Shown piece after piece: positions 10,350 to 19,506 of a stretch of 64,000 nucleotides of DNA. The notes beneath the pieces were generated by a model. It did no database searches, was not told the origin of the DNA, and saw nothing but the letters and a program-made list of their open reading frames with translations. Every line of letters begins with the position of its first letter. Position 1 is the stretch's first letter. The stretch covers positions 15,199 through 79,198 of the forward strand of contig CAZZNK010000001.1 in NCBI GenBank assembly GCA_964655585.1, read 5' to 3'. Source of the DNA: an uncultured Flavobacteriaceae bacterium. GTDB lineage: Bacteria > Bacteroidota > Bacteroidia > Flavobacteriales > Flavobacteriaceae. The position numbers and the translations under genes were made by a program.

Positions 10350-10487
10350 TACTAAAAATATCTGTTTTTTACAAAGTTAGCTTTTTATCTATAAAATAAT
10401 ACGGTTTACAGAAAATTTAAGGGTTATATTACCCCTTAATTGTATATTGCTAATACTTATTTTTTTTAATTATTTAATACAATTCAG

Positions 10488-11507
10488 TTGAAAAGACTAA
10501 CAATTAAAGATATTGCAAATCATTTTAGTGTATCGATTTCTACAGTTTCTAAAGCACTGAATGATAGTTATGAAATCAGTGTAAAGACTAAGGAAAAGAT
10601 AAAAGAATATGCAAAAAAGCATAATTATAAACCTAATTTTAATGCGTTAAGTTTAAAAAGTAGAAAAACAAAAACTATTGGTATTATTATTCCGAATATG
10701 CTGAACTATTATTTTGCTCAAGTTTTTAAAGGGATTGAAAAAGCTGCAACAAAAAAAGGATATAAAATTATTACCTGTATTTCCAATCAATCATATCAAA
10801 AAGAAGTAGAAACTATCGAAATGCTTTCTAACGGAAGTATTGATGGTTTTATCATTTCCATTGCCAAAGAAACCGTGTTGAAAAACGATTTTACACACTT
10901 TCAAAAAACCATTGATGATGGAATTCCGATTGTAATGTTTGATAGAGTGGCAGAAAATATTGAGTGTGATAAAGTAATTACCAATAATATTGAAAGTGCT
11001 GCTAAAACCGTAGAGTTTTTACATAAAAAAAAGCATAAAAAGATAGTATTTATCTCTACAATGAGTGATTTAACTATAGGAAAACAACGTTTTGAGGGTT
11101 ATAAAGAAGGATTGAAAAATGTTGGGCTTCCCTTTGATAAGAATTTAGTGATTAATATTGAAGAGGAAGATTATAAAAAACACGAAGCTATTTTAATGCC
11201 TATTTTTAAGAAACAAAAAATTGATAGTGTAATAACTACAGGAGAATCTACAGCCATTGCAGCTATGAAAGTTGCTATAAAACTTGGCTATAAAATTCCT
11301 GAAGATTTTGCGGTAGTTGCTTTTTCTAATGGAATTTTAGCAAGACATTCTAGCCCTAAAATGACAACTGTAAGCCAACATGGAGAGTTGATGGGAGATA
11401 CGGCAGCTACTATTTTAATCAATCGTTTAGAAAAAAAACCTGAAAAGTATAGTACTAAAATTATTAAAACAGATTTGGTGATTAGAAAATCTACCAGACC
11501 CTTTTAA
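10488..11507 (+). CDS. LacI-family transcriptional regulator
   Basis: TIKDIA..SVSISTVSKALN HTH, YKPN, sugar-binding domain. Confidence 0.95.
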   Translation: MKRLTIKDIANHFSVSISTVSKALNDSYEISVKTKEKIKEYAKKHNYKPNFNALSLKSRKTKTIGIIIPNMLNYYFAQVFKGIEKAATKKGYKIITCISNQSYQKEVETIEMLSNGSIDGFIISIAKETVLKNDFTHFQKTIDDGIPIVMFDRVAENIECDKVITNNIESAAKTVEFLHKKKHKKIVFISTMSDLTIGKQRFEGYKEGLKNVGLPFDKNLVINIEEEDYKKHEAILMPIFKKQKIDSVITTGESTAIAAMKVAIKLGYKIPEDFAVVAFSNGILARHSSPKMTTVSQHGELMGDTAATILINRLEKKPEKYSTKIIKTDLVIRKSTRPF

Positions 11508-12298
11508 AAATTAATAGAAACTACCAAACCCTCATTAGAACGTACATTAAAAACGGTGTTATCTTCAAAAATTAAATACTGTCCTTTTATTCCTTTTAAT
11601 TTTCCTTTGTACGTTTCTGTTTTAACAATATTTAAACTTTTCACTTTTTCTGGAACCCGTAAAACAGGAAAATTTAACTCCGTAATTTTAGTATTATTTT
11701 TTAAAAAATAATCTTTTGCCTCTTCAGGAATATATTTAGCTAGTTGCTGTTTTACGCTATTTAAATCTGAATCTTCATAAGTATATTGCAACATTTTTCG
11801 CCAATTGGTTTTGTCTGCAACGTGTTCTTTTAGAGCAACTTCTGTAATTCCTGCCAAATACCTATTCGGAACTTCTACAATTTCGATAGCTTTTGTAGCT
11901 CCTTGATCTATCCAGCGTGTGGGTACTTGTGTTTTCCTGGTTACACCCACTTTTACATTGCTAGAAAAAGCTAAATATACAATATGTGGTTTTAGTTGCA
12001 TTTTTTTTTCGAAGGATAAATCTCTGTCTTCAATACCTAAATGTGCGGTACTTAATTCGGGTCTAATAATCCAATCTCCAGCATTTGGGGTTTCAAAAAA
12101 ACACGTTTTACAAAAACCTTGTCGATAAATTTCTTTGTTTTTTTTACAACTTAAACACTCATATCCTTTAAATGAAATTTCAATAGTTTTGTCTAATAAT
12201 TGATTCATATGCAACACGTCCGATTCCATTTCTAAATAATATTGAATGGTCTCTAGGTTCTCTGTTGGCATTTTTTTTAAGACTCCTTGATATTTCAT
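11504..12298 (-). CDS. DUF2797 domain protein
   Basis: CxxC..CxxC, HIVYLA..VKVGVTR..RWIDQGA, GIKGQYL; start placed at MKYQG. Confidence 0.85.
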   Translation of the reverse strand: MKYQGVLKKMPTENLETIQYYLEMESDVLHMNQLLDKTIEISFKGYECLSCKKNKEIYRQGFCKTCFFETPNAGDWIIRPELSTAHLGIEDRDLSFEKKMQLKPHIVYLAFSSNVKVGVTRKTQVPTRWIDQGATKAIEIVEVPNRYLAGITEVALKEHVADKTNWRKMLQYTYEDSDLNSVKQQLAKYIPEEAKDYFLKNNTKITELNFPVLRVPEKVKSLNIVKTETYKGKLKGIKGQYLIFEDNTVFNVRSNEGLVVSINF

Positions 12299-12379
12299 AT
12301 CACAATTTTTAGTATTTTTATGGTTGTAAATCAATTTTGTAAAGCTAATCAAAAGAAACTAAATTAAGCGCTCTCAATT

Positions 12380-13891
12380 ATGTCATTTCCATTAATAAAT
12401 TCAATAATTTCTTGGTTTTTAAAGAAGCGAATACATCAAATAGAATTATTTTTAAAATACCCTATTGATGTTCAAGATGAATTATTGATGCGATTGGTTG
12501 ATACTGCAAAAGACACACGTTTTGGTAAAATTTATGGATTTTCTTACCTAAAAACGTATAAAGAATTTGCTAAAACAGTTCCCATTCAACAATATGAAAG
12601 TATTGAGCCATTGATTGAAAAATGTAGAAAAGGAGAGCAGCATATTTTTTGGCCAACAAAAATAAAATGGTTTGCAAAATCTAGTGGAACAACCAATGCA
12701 AAAAGTAAATTTATACCTGTTAGTGATGAGGCTATCGAAAATTGTCATATGAAGGCAGGGAAAGATATGTTATGCCTATATATTAATAATAACGAAGATA
12801 CACAGCTTTTTACAGGTAAAGGATTGCGTTTAGGAGGAAGTGCTGCTGTGTACGAAGATAATAATTCTTATTTTGGAGATTTATCAGCAATTATTATAGA
12901 GAATATGCCTTTTTGGGCAGATTTTAGTTCGGCACCGAGCCAAGAAACTGCATTAATGGGAGAGTGGGAAGCTAAAATGGAGGCAATTATTGAAGAAACT
13001 ATTCATGAAAACATTACCAGTTTAGCAGGCGTACCATCTTGGATGTTAGTCTTATTAAATAGAGTATTAGAAAAAACAGGAAAAAAAGATATTTTAGAAG
13101 TTTGGCCAAATTTAGAAGTGTATTTTCATGGAGGCGTAAACTTTAATCCATATAAAGAACAATATAAAAAATTACTTCCTAAAAAAGACTTTAGATATTA
13201 CGAGACCTATAACGCATCAGAAGGGTTTTTTGCTATTCAAGATAGAAATAATTCTGATGAATTGCTGTTGATGTTAGATTATGGGGTGTTTTATGAATTT
13301 ATTCCGATGGATGTTTTTGATGGAGAAAACTCAATGGCAATTTCATTATCCGAAGTAAAAAAAGACATCAATTACGCGATTATAATTACTACAAATAGTG
13401 GCTTGTGGCGCTATTTAATTGGAGATACGGTAAAGTTTACATCATTACATCCGTATCGTATAAAAATTACAGGACGTACCAAACATTTTATTAATGTTTT
13501 TGGTGAAGAATTGATTATAGAAAACACAGAAAATGCTCTGAAAAAAGCATGTAAAAAAACCAATGCAACTATTATAGATTATACCGTCGCACCTGTTTTT
13601 ATGGGCACTAATCAAAAAGGCGGACACGAATGGATAATTGAGTTTTCGAATCCTCCAAAAAATATTGAATATTTTACGGAATTGTTAGACAATGCGTTGA
13701 AGTCTATCAATTCAGATTATGAGGCAAAACGTTATCATAATATGACGTTAGGTTTGCCTAAAATACACGAAGCAAAACAGGGGCTATTTTACAATTGGTT
13801 AAAAGAAAAAGGGAAGTTAGGTGGGCAACATAAAATACCACGTTTGTCTAATTCTAGAAAATTTTTGGAGGAGTTGTTGGTTTTAAACTGA
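12380..13891 (+). CDS. GH3 auxin-responsive promoter family protein
   Basis: AKSSGTT, YNASEGFF, WRYLIGDTV, GGQHKIPRL. Confidence 0.92.
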   Translation: MSFPLINSIISWFLKKRIHQIELFLKYPIDVQDELLMRLVDTAKDTRFGKIYGFSYLKTYKEFAKTVPIQQYESIEPLIEKCRKGEQHIFWPTKIKWFAKSSGTTNAKSKFIPVSDEAIENCHMKAGKDMLCLYINNNEDTQLFTGKGLRLGGSAAVYEDNNSYFGDLSAIIIENMPFWADFSSAPSQETALMGEWEAKMEAIIEETIHENITSLAGVPSWMLVLLNRVLEKTGKKDILEVWPNLEVYFHGGVNFNPYKEQYKKLLPKKDFRYYETYNASEGFFAIQDRNNSDELLLMLDYGVFYEFIPMDVFDGENSMAISLSEVKKDINYAIIITTNSGLWRYLIGDTVKFTSLHPYRIKITGRTKHFINVFGEELIIENTENALKKACKKTNATIIDYTVAPVFMGTNQKGGHEWIIEFSNPPKNIEYFTELLDNALKSINSDYEAKRYHNMTLGLPKIHEAKQGLFYNWLKEKGKLGGQHKIPRLSNSRKFLEELLVLN

Positions 13892-13899
13892 AAAGATGT

Positions 13900-13955
13900 G
13901 TCATTTCTACGAAAGTAGTAGCTTAACCTTTTTAGATTTCTGATTTCGTAGGAAT
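13900..13955. repeat. Degenerate REP-like inverted pair
   Basis: GTCATTTCTACGAAAGTAG...AGATTTCTGATTTCGTAGGAAT, similar to 29704-29778. Confidence 0.55.
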
Positions 13956-14040
13956 AGTAAAATTATAGAACATAGTAGTGGACTTAGAAGTTCTAAAGAC
14001 ACTCTTTCAAAAGGCACTATCTCATAAAGTGTGTAAGTTT

Positions 14041-14077
14041 AAAAATCTCGGGAGTTATAACTCCCGAGATTTTTTTT
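14041..14077 (+). terminator. Perfect 34-bp palindrome with T tail inside IS left end
   Basis: AAAAATCTCGGGAGTTA|TAACTCCCGAGATTTTT followed by further Ts. Confidence 0.65.
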
Positions 14078-14106
14078 ATTAATTTTAAACTTTAATACAT
14101 TTTATT

Positions 14107-15303
14107 ATGAAACCAGAAGACATTTTAAACGATGCTTTTTTAAAGCAATTCAAGAGCGGAACCGAATTAACTACCTTTTTAGAAGACTTGCATAAGCGAG
14201 GAGTTGAAAAGATATTAGAAGGCGAATTAGACGCACATTTAGATTATGAAAAACATCAAAAACGCAATGATACCAACGCACGCAATGGTTATACTTCAAA
14301 AAAACTAAAAACCACCTTAGGAGAAACCACTATTCAAGTGCCACGAGATCGAGAGAGTTCCTTTAATCCAATGCTGATTAAAAAACGTCAAAGTACAACA
14401 GAAGGTTTAGAGAATATAATCATTTCTCTATACGCTAAAGGAATGAGTACCAGTGATATTGAACAACAAATACACGAGATGTATAATTTCAATATTTCTA
14501 CTGCTACCATCTCAAGAATAACTGACAGAATAACAGGAGACATTATTGCTTGGAAAAACAGACCCTTAGAACAAACCTACCTAATTGTTTGGATGGATGG
14601 CATTGTTTTTAAAGTTAGAGAAAACTCAAAAGTGATTAACAAAACCATCTATATTGCAGTAGGATTACGAACAGATGGTAAAAAAGAAGTCTTAGGATTA
14701 TGGTTAGGTAAAAACGAATCTTCCGCCTTTTGGATGTCTGTTTTAAGTGATATTAAAGCACGAGGAACACAAGATATTTTAATCACTGCTACCGATAATT
14801 TAAATGGATTTACAGACACCATAAAAACGATGTTCCCAAACTCTGTAACTCAAATATGCGTAGGACATCAAATTAGAAACACCATGCGTTATGTGGTATG
14901 GAAAGATAAAAAGGAGTTTGTAAAAGATATGAAACAAATCTACACAGCACCTACAAAAGAAGCCGCTAAAGCCGCTTTAAACGACTTCAAAGACAAATGG
15001 AACTCTAAATATTCTTACGCCATTAAAAGTTGGGAAAATAATTGGGATGAACTCACCGTTTTCTTTGATTTTCCTGCTGAAATTAGAAAAATAATATACA
15101 CCACTAATCTGATAGAAAACTTAAACGGAAAGATTAGAAAATACACAAAAAATAAACTCTCTTTTCCTACAGATGATGCAGTAATGAAGTCTGTATTTTT
15201 AGCACTAAGAGAAAGTACAAGAAAATGGACAATGCCTATTAGAAATTGGGGCGTTATTCTTAACCAATTTTTGATTATATTTGAAAACAGGATTAAGTTA
15301 TAA
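14107..15303 (+). CDS. IS256-family transposase
   Basis: RNGY, VPRDR, WMDG, ATDNL, Cxx[11 protein letters not shown] (DDE residues intact). Confidence 0.97.
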   Translation: MKPEDILNDAFLKQFKSGTELTTFLEDLHKRGVEKILEGELDAHLDYEKHQKRNDTNARNGYTSKKLKTTLGETTIQVPRDRESSFNPMLIKKRQSTTEGLENIIISLYAKGMSTSDIEQQIHEMYNFNISTATISRITDRITGDIIAWKNRPLEQTYLIVWMDGIVFKVRENSKVINKTIYIAVGLRTDGKKEVLGLWLGKNESSAFWMSVLSDIKARGTQDILITATDNLNGFTDTIKTMFPNSVTQICVGHQIRNTMRYVVWKDKKEFVKDMKQIYTAPTKEAAKAALNDFKDKWNSKYSYAIKSWENNWDELTVFFDFPAEIRKIIYTTNLIENLNGKIRKYTKNKLSFPTDDAVMKSVFLALRESTRKWTMPIRNWGVILNQFLIIFENRIKL

Positions 15304-15448
15304 ATAACCTAATCCCGAATTTTAAACTTACACAGATTTTGAAAGAGTGTCTTTCAAAATGACACTTTATGAGATAGTGTCCTAAAAACTTACTTTGTTT
15401 AGTTCTAAATCTGCTATTATGTTTCTATAGGGTTATGGTTTGTGCTAA

Positions 15449-16009
15449 TTATTGTTTTGTTAAATCAATCCAACTCGTTGGTAAAATTTGCTCAACTGCA
15501 CCTGTTGTGCAATTAAGATATATTTCACCATCTACTTGTAAGTATAATTTCATCTTTATATTATTAGTATCGTAAATAGAAATATAAACATCTCCATTTT
15601 GACCACACTCTCCTTTAAGACCTAAGTAGTTTAAAAGATATCCACCACTATTAGCTAGGTATTTACCATTAATTATGTACTTGTTATCATTGGGTAGATT
15701 TAAAGTATTAACAAGTTCATTTCTTACATTATCAGTAATTTTATAACGGATTAATAATTTATCTTCCTTATACTGAAGCTTAATATCATTATCAGTAATT
15801 TTTATTATTCTAAACTCATAATTTTTATTAAGATACGTTCCTTTCCATACTCCAACATATTTATCTAAAAGATTATTTACATCTTTAACATATACGTTAT
15901 CAGGCAGTTCTCTGTCATAGTTTTCAAAATCTTCAACAAGTATTATTGTTTGTGCTTTACAACTAAAAATTGTAAAGAAAATTACTATTATAAATATTAT
16001 TTTTTTCAT
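15449..16009 (-). CDS. Exported/lipoprotein, DUF6705-like
   Basis: FSCKAQ signal, VKDVNNLLDKYVGVWK motif, two further Cys; 30 bp downstream of the upstream gene. Confidence 0.7.
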   Translation of the reverse strand: MKKIIFIIVIFFTIFSCKAQTIILVEDFENYDRELPDNVYVKDVNNLLDKYVGVWKGTYLNKNYEFRIIKITDNDIKLQYKEDKLLIRYKITDNVRNELVNTLNLPNDNKYIINGKYLANSGGYLLNYLGLKGECGQNGDVYISIYDTNNIKMKLYLQVDGEIYLNCTTGAVEQILPTSWIDLTKQ

Positions 16010-16039
16010 TTTTTTTTCATTTTAAAATTAAACTTGTTT

Positions 16040-17500
16040 TTAACAATCATTTGTATCTACTTGTCCGTTATCTTTAAGTGTTTTCTTTTCTATATCTCCA
16101 TTATCTCTTATCCTATATAAATTAATACCATCTATATTTATTACCTCTTTAATAAAATGTAAAAAAGCTTTTTCTACATTATTTTTATATTTTTTAAATA
16201 ACTTTTTATAAATTTTTGTATAATCATCTGCTGTAGTTATACCCACAAGATTGTCAGTGTTTCCTTTAAAGCGAAGTGTATAGTTTCCAGTACTTGTAAT
16301 TATTGTTGCATAAACTAAATGTGTTGGCACTCCGTTGTATTTAGTTTTCTTTACTATTTGTAAAAATTTAATAAGATCTGCAGGAGAAAACATACGAATA
16401 GGTTTTGCAATAATTGGGTTTCCAGTTTTTGGGTCTGTTTCTCCTGTAAGAAAATCATCGAGATGTGTATGCATATATCCAATTGTATTGTTATCTATTG
16501 GTATTTTCAGAGAGTGACCATTATTAGTTTCTGTTAGAGGAATCTGTCTACCATCTTTATTTTGTTTGTATCCAGTTTCTTTTTTTAAGCCAGTTTTTGT
16601 TTTTAAAATATTTGCTTGTTGAGTATAGATAGGATTTTGTATTTGAAGTTTAATATATTTACAAGGATCTTCTTGTTCATTATTTGCATCAAAACAACCA
16701 CCGTTACTAGAGGTAATATCATTATCATTTGTTGAATCGCATGGGATAATTGGTGCGGTAGAACTGTCGTTGTGTCCACTACCTCCACCTCCTCCTGGAC
16801 CATCTGCTTGATCTATTGATGTTGTATCTCCACTCCCAGTAAAGTTGCAAACTTCTTGATTATATAATGTTACCCAATCACTTAACCCATAATTAGCACA
16901 AGCAGAATTACCGCTATTAAATGACCCATGGACTGAACACGATCTTGGTAGTGATATATTGACATATTGACAATCCCATCCTCCTGCTCTATTGCTTAAG
17001 TTAACATTATAATTGTCAATTAATTTGTTTATATCATCTTCGTAATTACTTTTTGAAACAGTAGCGTTTAAATATAGGTTATTAGTTTCTTGTGCATAAT
17101 TTATATTTTCATACTTGAGAATATAGCCTCTAATTGTATCATGTTTTTTTTCAATAACAAGATTTTCTACAACATTAGTATTTGTACTATCTCTTTTTAT
17201 TAAAAAAGTATAAGAGAGATAATTCTGTTGTTTAATTTTATAAAAATTACTGAAATCTATTGTAAAATCTATTGTGTTTTTAGAATATGTATTAGGATTT
17301 AATAAATTCTCCATTTTAAATTTATTAGTTATTTCTATAAACTCATTATTTTTCATTGCCGTATTTAAACTTAATAATTGAGGTTCTAAAGTTTGTATTA
17401 TTTTATCTGGAGTAGGTTCTAATTTACAATTCCATAAAAGTAGGCTTATTCCAAAAAGGAATACTCCAAATTTTAAAAGGTTATTTTTTCTTGTTTTCAT
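16040..17500 (-). CDS. Hypothetical lipoprotein with Gly-rich linker and C-terminal JAB/JAMM-like domain
   Basis: Lipobox LWNC; Cys-rich middle; GPGGGGGSG; E..MHTH..FSPAD. Confidence 0.7.
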   Translation of the reverse strand: MKTRKNNLLKFGVFLFGISLLLWNCKLEPTPDKIIQTLEPQLLSLNTAMKNNEFIEITNKFKMENLLNPNTYSKNTIDFTIDFSNFYKIKQQNYLSYTFLIKRDSTNTNVVENLVIEKKHDTIRGYILKYENINYAQETNNLYLNATVSKSNYEDDINKLIDNYNVNLSNRAGGWDCQYVNISLPRSCSVHGSFNSGNSACANYGLSDWVTLYNQEVCNFTGSGDTTSIDQADGPGGGGGSGHNDSSTAPIIPCDSTNDNDITSSNGGCFDANNEQEDPCKYIKLQIQNPIYTQQANILKTKTGLKKETGYKQNKDGRQIPLTETNNGHSLKIPIDNNTIGYMHTHLDDFLTGETDPKTGNPIIAKPIRMFSPADLIKFLQIVKKTKYNGVPTHLVYATIITSTGNYTLRFKGNTDNLVGITTADDYTKIYKKLFKKYKNNVEKAFLHFIKEVINIDGINLYRIRDNGDIEKKTLKDNGQVDTNDC

Positions 17501-17593
17501 AATTATTATAAGGTTTAAAATTAGTGAAAAAAAATTCCTTTTTGAAGAAAAAGGGAACTTTTAGCAATTTGAAGATCTAAATATATAAAAAAT

Positions 17594-17625
17594 AATTTAA
17601 AATGACAAATATGTCATTTTAAATT
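17594..17625. promoter_or_regulatory. Palindromic operator candidate
   Basis: AATTTAAAATGACA-aata-TGTCATTTTAAATT between divergent genes. Confidence 0.6.
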
Positions 17626-17646
17626 TGTTACTATTATAGAATTTGT

Positions 17647-17883
17647 GTGACGGTTTTGACACAAATAAAAGACGAAATATTAATAAAGAAAATAGCTCTT
17701 TGTATTAAAGGTATACGAAAAGAAACAACCATTTCTTTAGATGATTTTTATATAGATACAGGTATTCATTTGGCAAGAATAGAACAAGGAAAAGCAAACA
17801 TTACAATATCTACACTATCAAAAATTTGCTCTTATTTTGATATTTCTCTTTCAGATTTTTTTAAGAAAGTAGAGAAATTTTAA
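17647..17883 (+). CDS. XRE-family HTH regulator
   Basis: IHLARIEQGKANITISTL..I...F.ISLSDFF; start uncertain. Confidence 0.85.
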   Translation: MTVLTQIKDEILIKKIALCIKGIRKETTISLDDFYIDTGIHLARIEQGKANITISTLSKICSYFDISLSDFFKKVEKF

Positions 17884-17941
17884 AACATTTTGTTTTCGAT
17901 ACTAAATTCTTTCAGAATTTTACTTGAACAGACATTTGATA

Positions 17942-18919
17942 TTATATCTTTCGCTCTACCACATAATCAACCATTTGTAGTAAAGATTCTTTATAAGGAG
18001 AATTTGGCTGATTTTTTAGAATGGCAAAAGCTTTATTTTTGTAATCGTGCATTTTTGTTTTGGTGTATTCAATTCCGCCGTTTTCCTTTACAAAAGTGAT
18101 GACTTCTTTTACACGTTTTTTGTTTTTATTGTGTTTTTTTACAGAGTTGATTATCCATTTTTTTTCTTTTTGAGAGCAATTATTTAACGTGTAAATAAGC
18201 GGAAGTGTCATTTTTTGCTCCTTGATATCAATACCTGTTGGTTTGCCGATTTTAGCATCGGTATAATCAAATAAATCATCTTTAATTTGAAAAGCAATAC
18301 CGATATATTCACCAAACTTCCTCATTTGCTGAATAGTCTCATTCTTTGCGCCAACTGATGCCGCCCCAATGCCACAACAAGCAGCAATTAAGGTTGCTGT
18401 TTTTTGTCTGATAATTTCAAAATAAATATCTTCTGTAATGTCTAGTTTCCGGGCTTTTTCTATTTGTAATAATTCGCCTTCACTCATTTCTCGAACAGCG
18501 ATAGAGATGAGTTTTAACAAATCAAAATCTTCGTTATCAATAGAAAGTAATAATCCTTTTGAGAGTAAATAATCGCCTACTAAAACCGCAATTTTATTTT
18601 TCCAAAGAGCATTTATTGAGAAAAAACCTCTACGGCGGTTACTTTCATCAACTACATCATCATGTACCAATGTTGCCGTATGTATCAATTCTACTACGGA
18701 TGCTCCTCTGTAAGTTCGTTCGTCAAAACCACCATCAGAAACCATTTTTGCGACTAAAAAAACAAACATTGGGCGCATTTGTTTTCCTTTTCTACGAACA
18801 ATATAATAGGTGATTCTATTTAATAACGGAACTTTAGACAACATGGCATCTTTGAATTTGGTTTCAAAGATTTCCATTTCTTTTTGAATGGGGTGTTTTA
18901 TTTTGGCTATTATACTCAT
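17942..18919 (-). CDS. ispB: Polyprenyl diphosphate synthase
   Basis: GKQMRP, HDDVVD..RRG, FQIKDDLFD. Confidence 0.93.
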   Translation of the reverse strand: MSIIAKIKHPIQKEMEIFETKFKDAMLSKVPLLNRITYYIVRRKGKQMRPMFVFLVAKMVSDGGFDERTYRGASVVELIHTATLVHDDVVDESNRRRGFFSINALWKNKIAVLVGDYLLSKGLLLSIDNEDFDLLKLISIAVREMSEGELLQIEKARKLDITEDIYFEIIRQKTATLIAACCGIGAASVGAKNETIQQMRKFGEYIGIAFQIKDDLFDYTDAKIGKPTGIDIKEQKMTLPLIYTLNNCSQKEKKWIINSVKKHNKNKKRVKEVITFVKENGGIEYTKTKMHDYKNKAFAILKNQPNSPYKESLLQMVDYVVERKI

Positions 18920-18984
18920 AGAATGATGATATCAAAAATAGTGAATTAATTACGAATGACTATCTTTGATAAAAATAATTTGCA

Positions 18985-19503
18985 ATGAAACAATTTACTT
19001 TTTTTGTTTTCTTTTTTTTAATTATTTCTAGTGGGTTTTCACAAGATATAGCAATCGGTTTTCCAGAAAATGCTGTTGGTATTTACAAAGGTGTTTTGCA
19101 CATTAATGCTTCTGGGAGAACACAAGAAATTCCGATGGAATTTCATTTGATAAAAACAGATTCTGTACATAAATTCGATTATAAGTTGGTGTATAAAGGG
19201 CAATCTAGAAACTATACATTGATTGTGAAAGATAAAATAAAAGGCGTTTTTGATATTGATGAAAATAATGGAATTATTATTCCTGCAAAATATGCCAACA
19301 ACACGTTGTATAGTTTTTTTGAAGTGCAAGGAAATTTTTTAAGCACACGGTTTGAGTTTTTTGAAAACAAAATGGATTTCGAAATTTTATTTACTGCAAA
19401 AAAGAATAAAACTACCTCTGGCGGTATATCAAAAGAGATTCCTGAGGTTTTAGGCTTTCCTATTTCTACAGTTCAAAAAGCGGTATTAAAGAAGGTGGAG
19501 TAA
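18985..19503 (+). CDS. Hypothetical secreted protein
   Basis: Signal peptide ending FSQ; IDENNGI motif. Confidence 0.75.
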   Translation: MKQFTFFVFFFLIISSGFSQDIAIGFPENAVGIYKGVLHINASGRTQEIPMEFHLIKTDSVHKFDYKLVYKGQSRNYTLIVKDKIKGVFDIDENNGIIIPAKYANNTLYSFFEVQGNFLSTRFEFFENKMDFEILFTAKKNKTTSGGISKEIPEVLGFPISTVQKAVLKKVE

Positions 19504-19506
19504 AAA

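Larger units (their letters stand above)
14013..15351 (+). mobile_element. IS256-family insertion sequence, 1339 bp
   Basis: IRL GGCACTATCTCATAAAGTGTGTAAGTTTAAAA, IRR TTTTAAACTTACACAGATTTTGAAAGAGTGTC, 8-bp target duplication TTTCAAAA at 14005-14012 and 15352-15359. Confidence 0.95.

Noticed and set aside
10488..11507. LacI regulator as controller of ahcY/nucleoside phosphorylase
   Set aside because: No convincing LacI-type operator was found near those genes; the only evidence is proximity.
13998..15381. Reading the extra IS ends as an IS256 circle junction or tandem dimer
   Set aside because: In a junction the outer tips face each other. Here they point outward, and the 8-bp duplication brackets only the inner element.
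13989..15409. AGTTCTAAA at 13989-13997 and 15401-15409 as a 9-bp target duplication
   Set aside because: The right copy is 19 bp away from the element end and is part of the hairpin arm.
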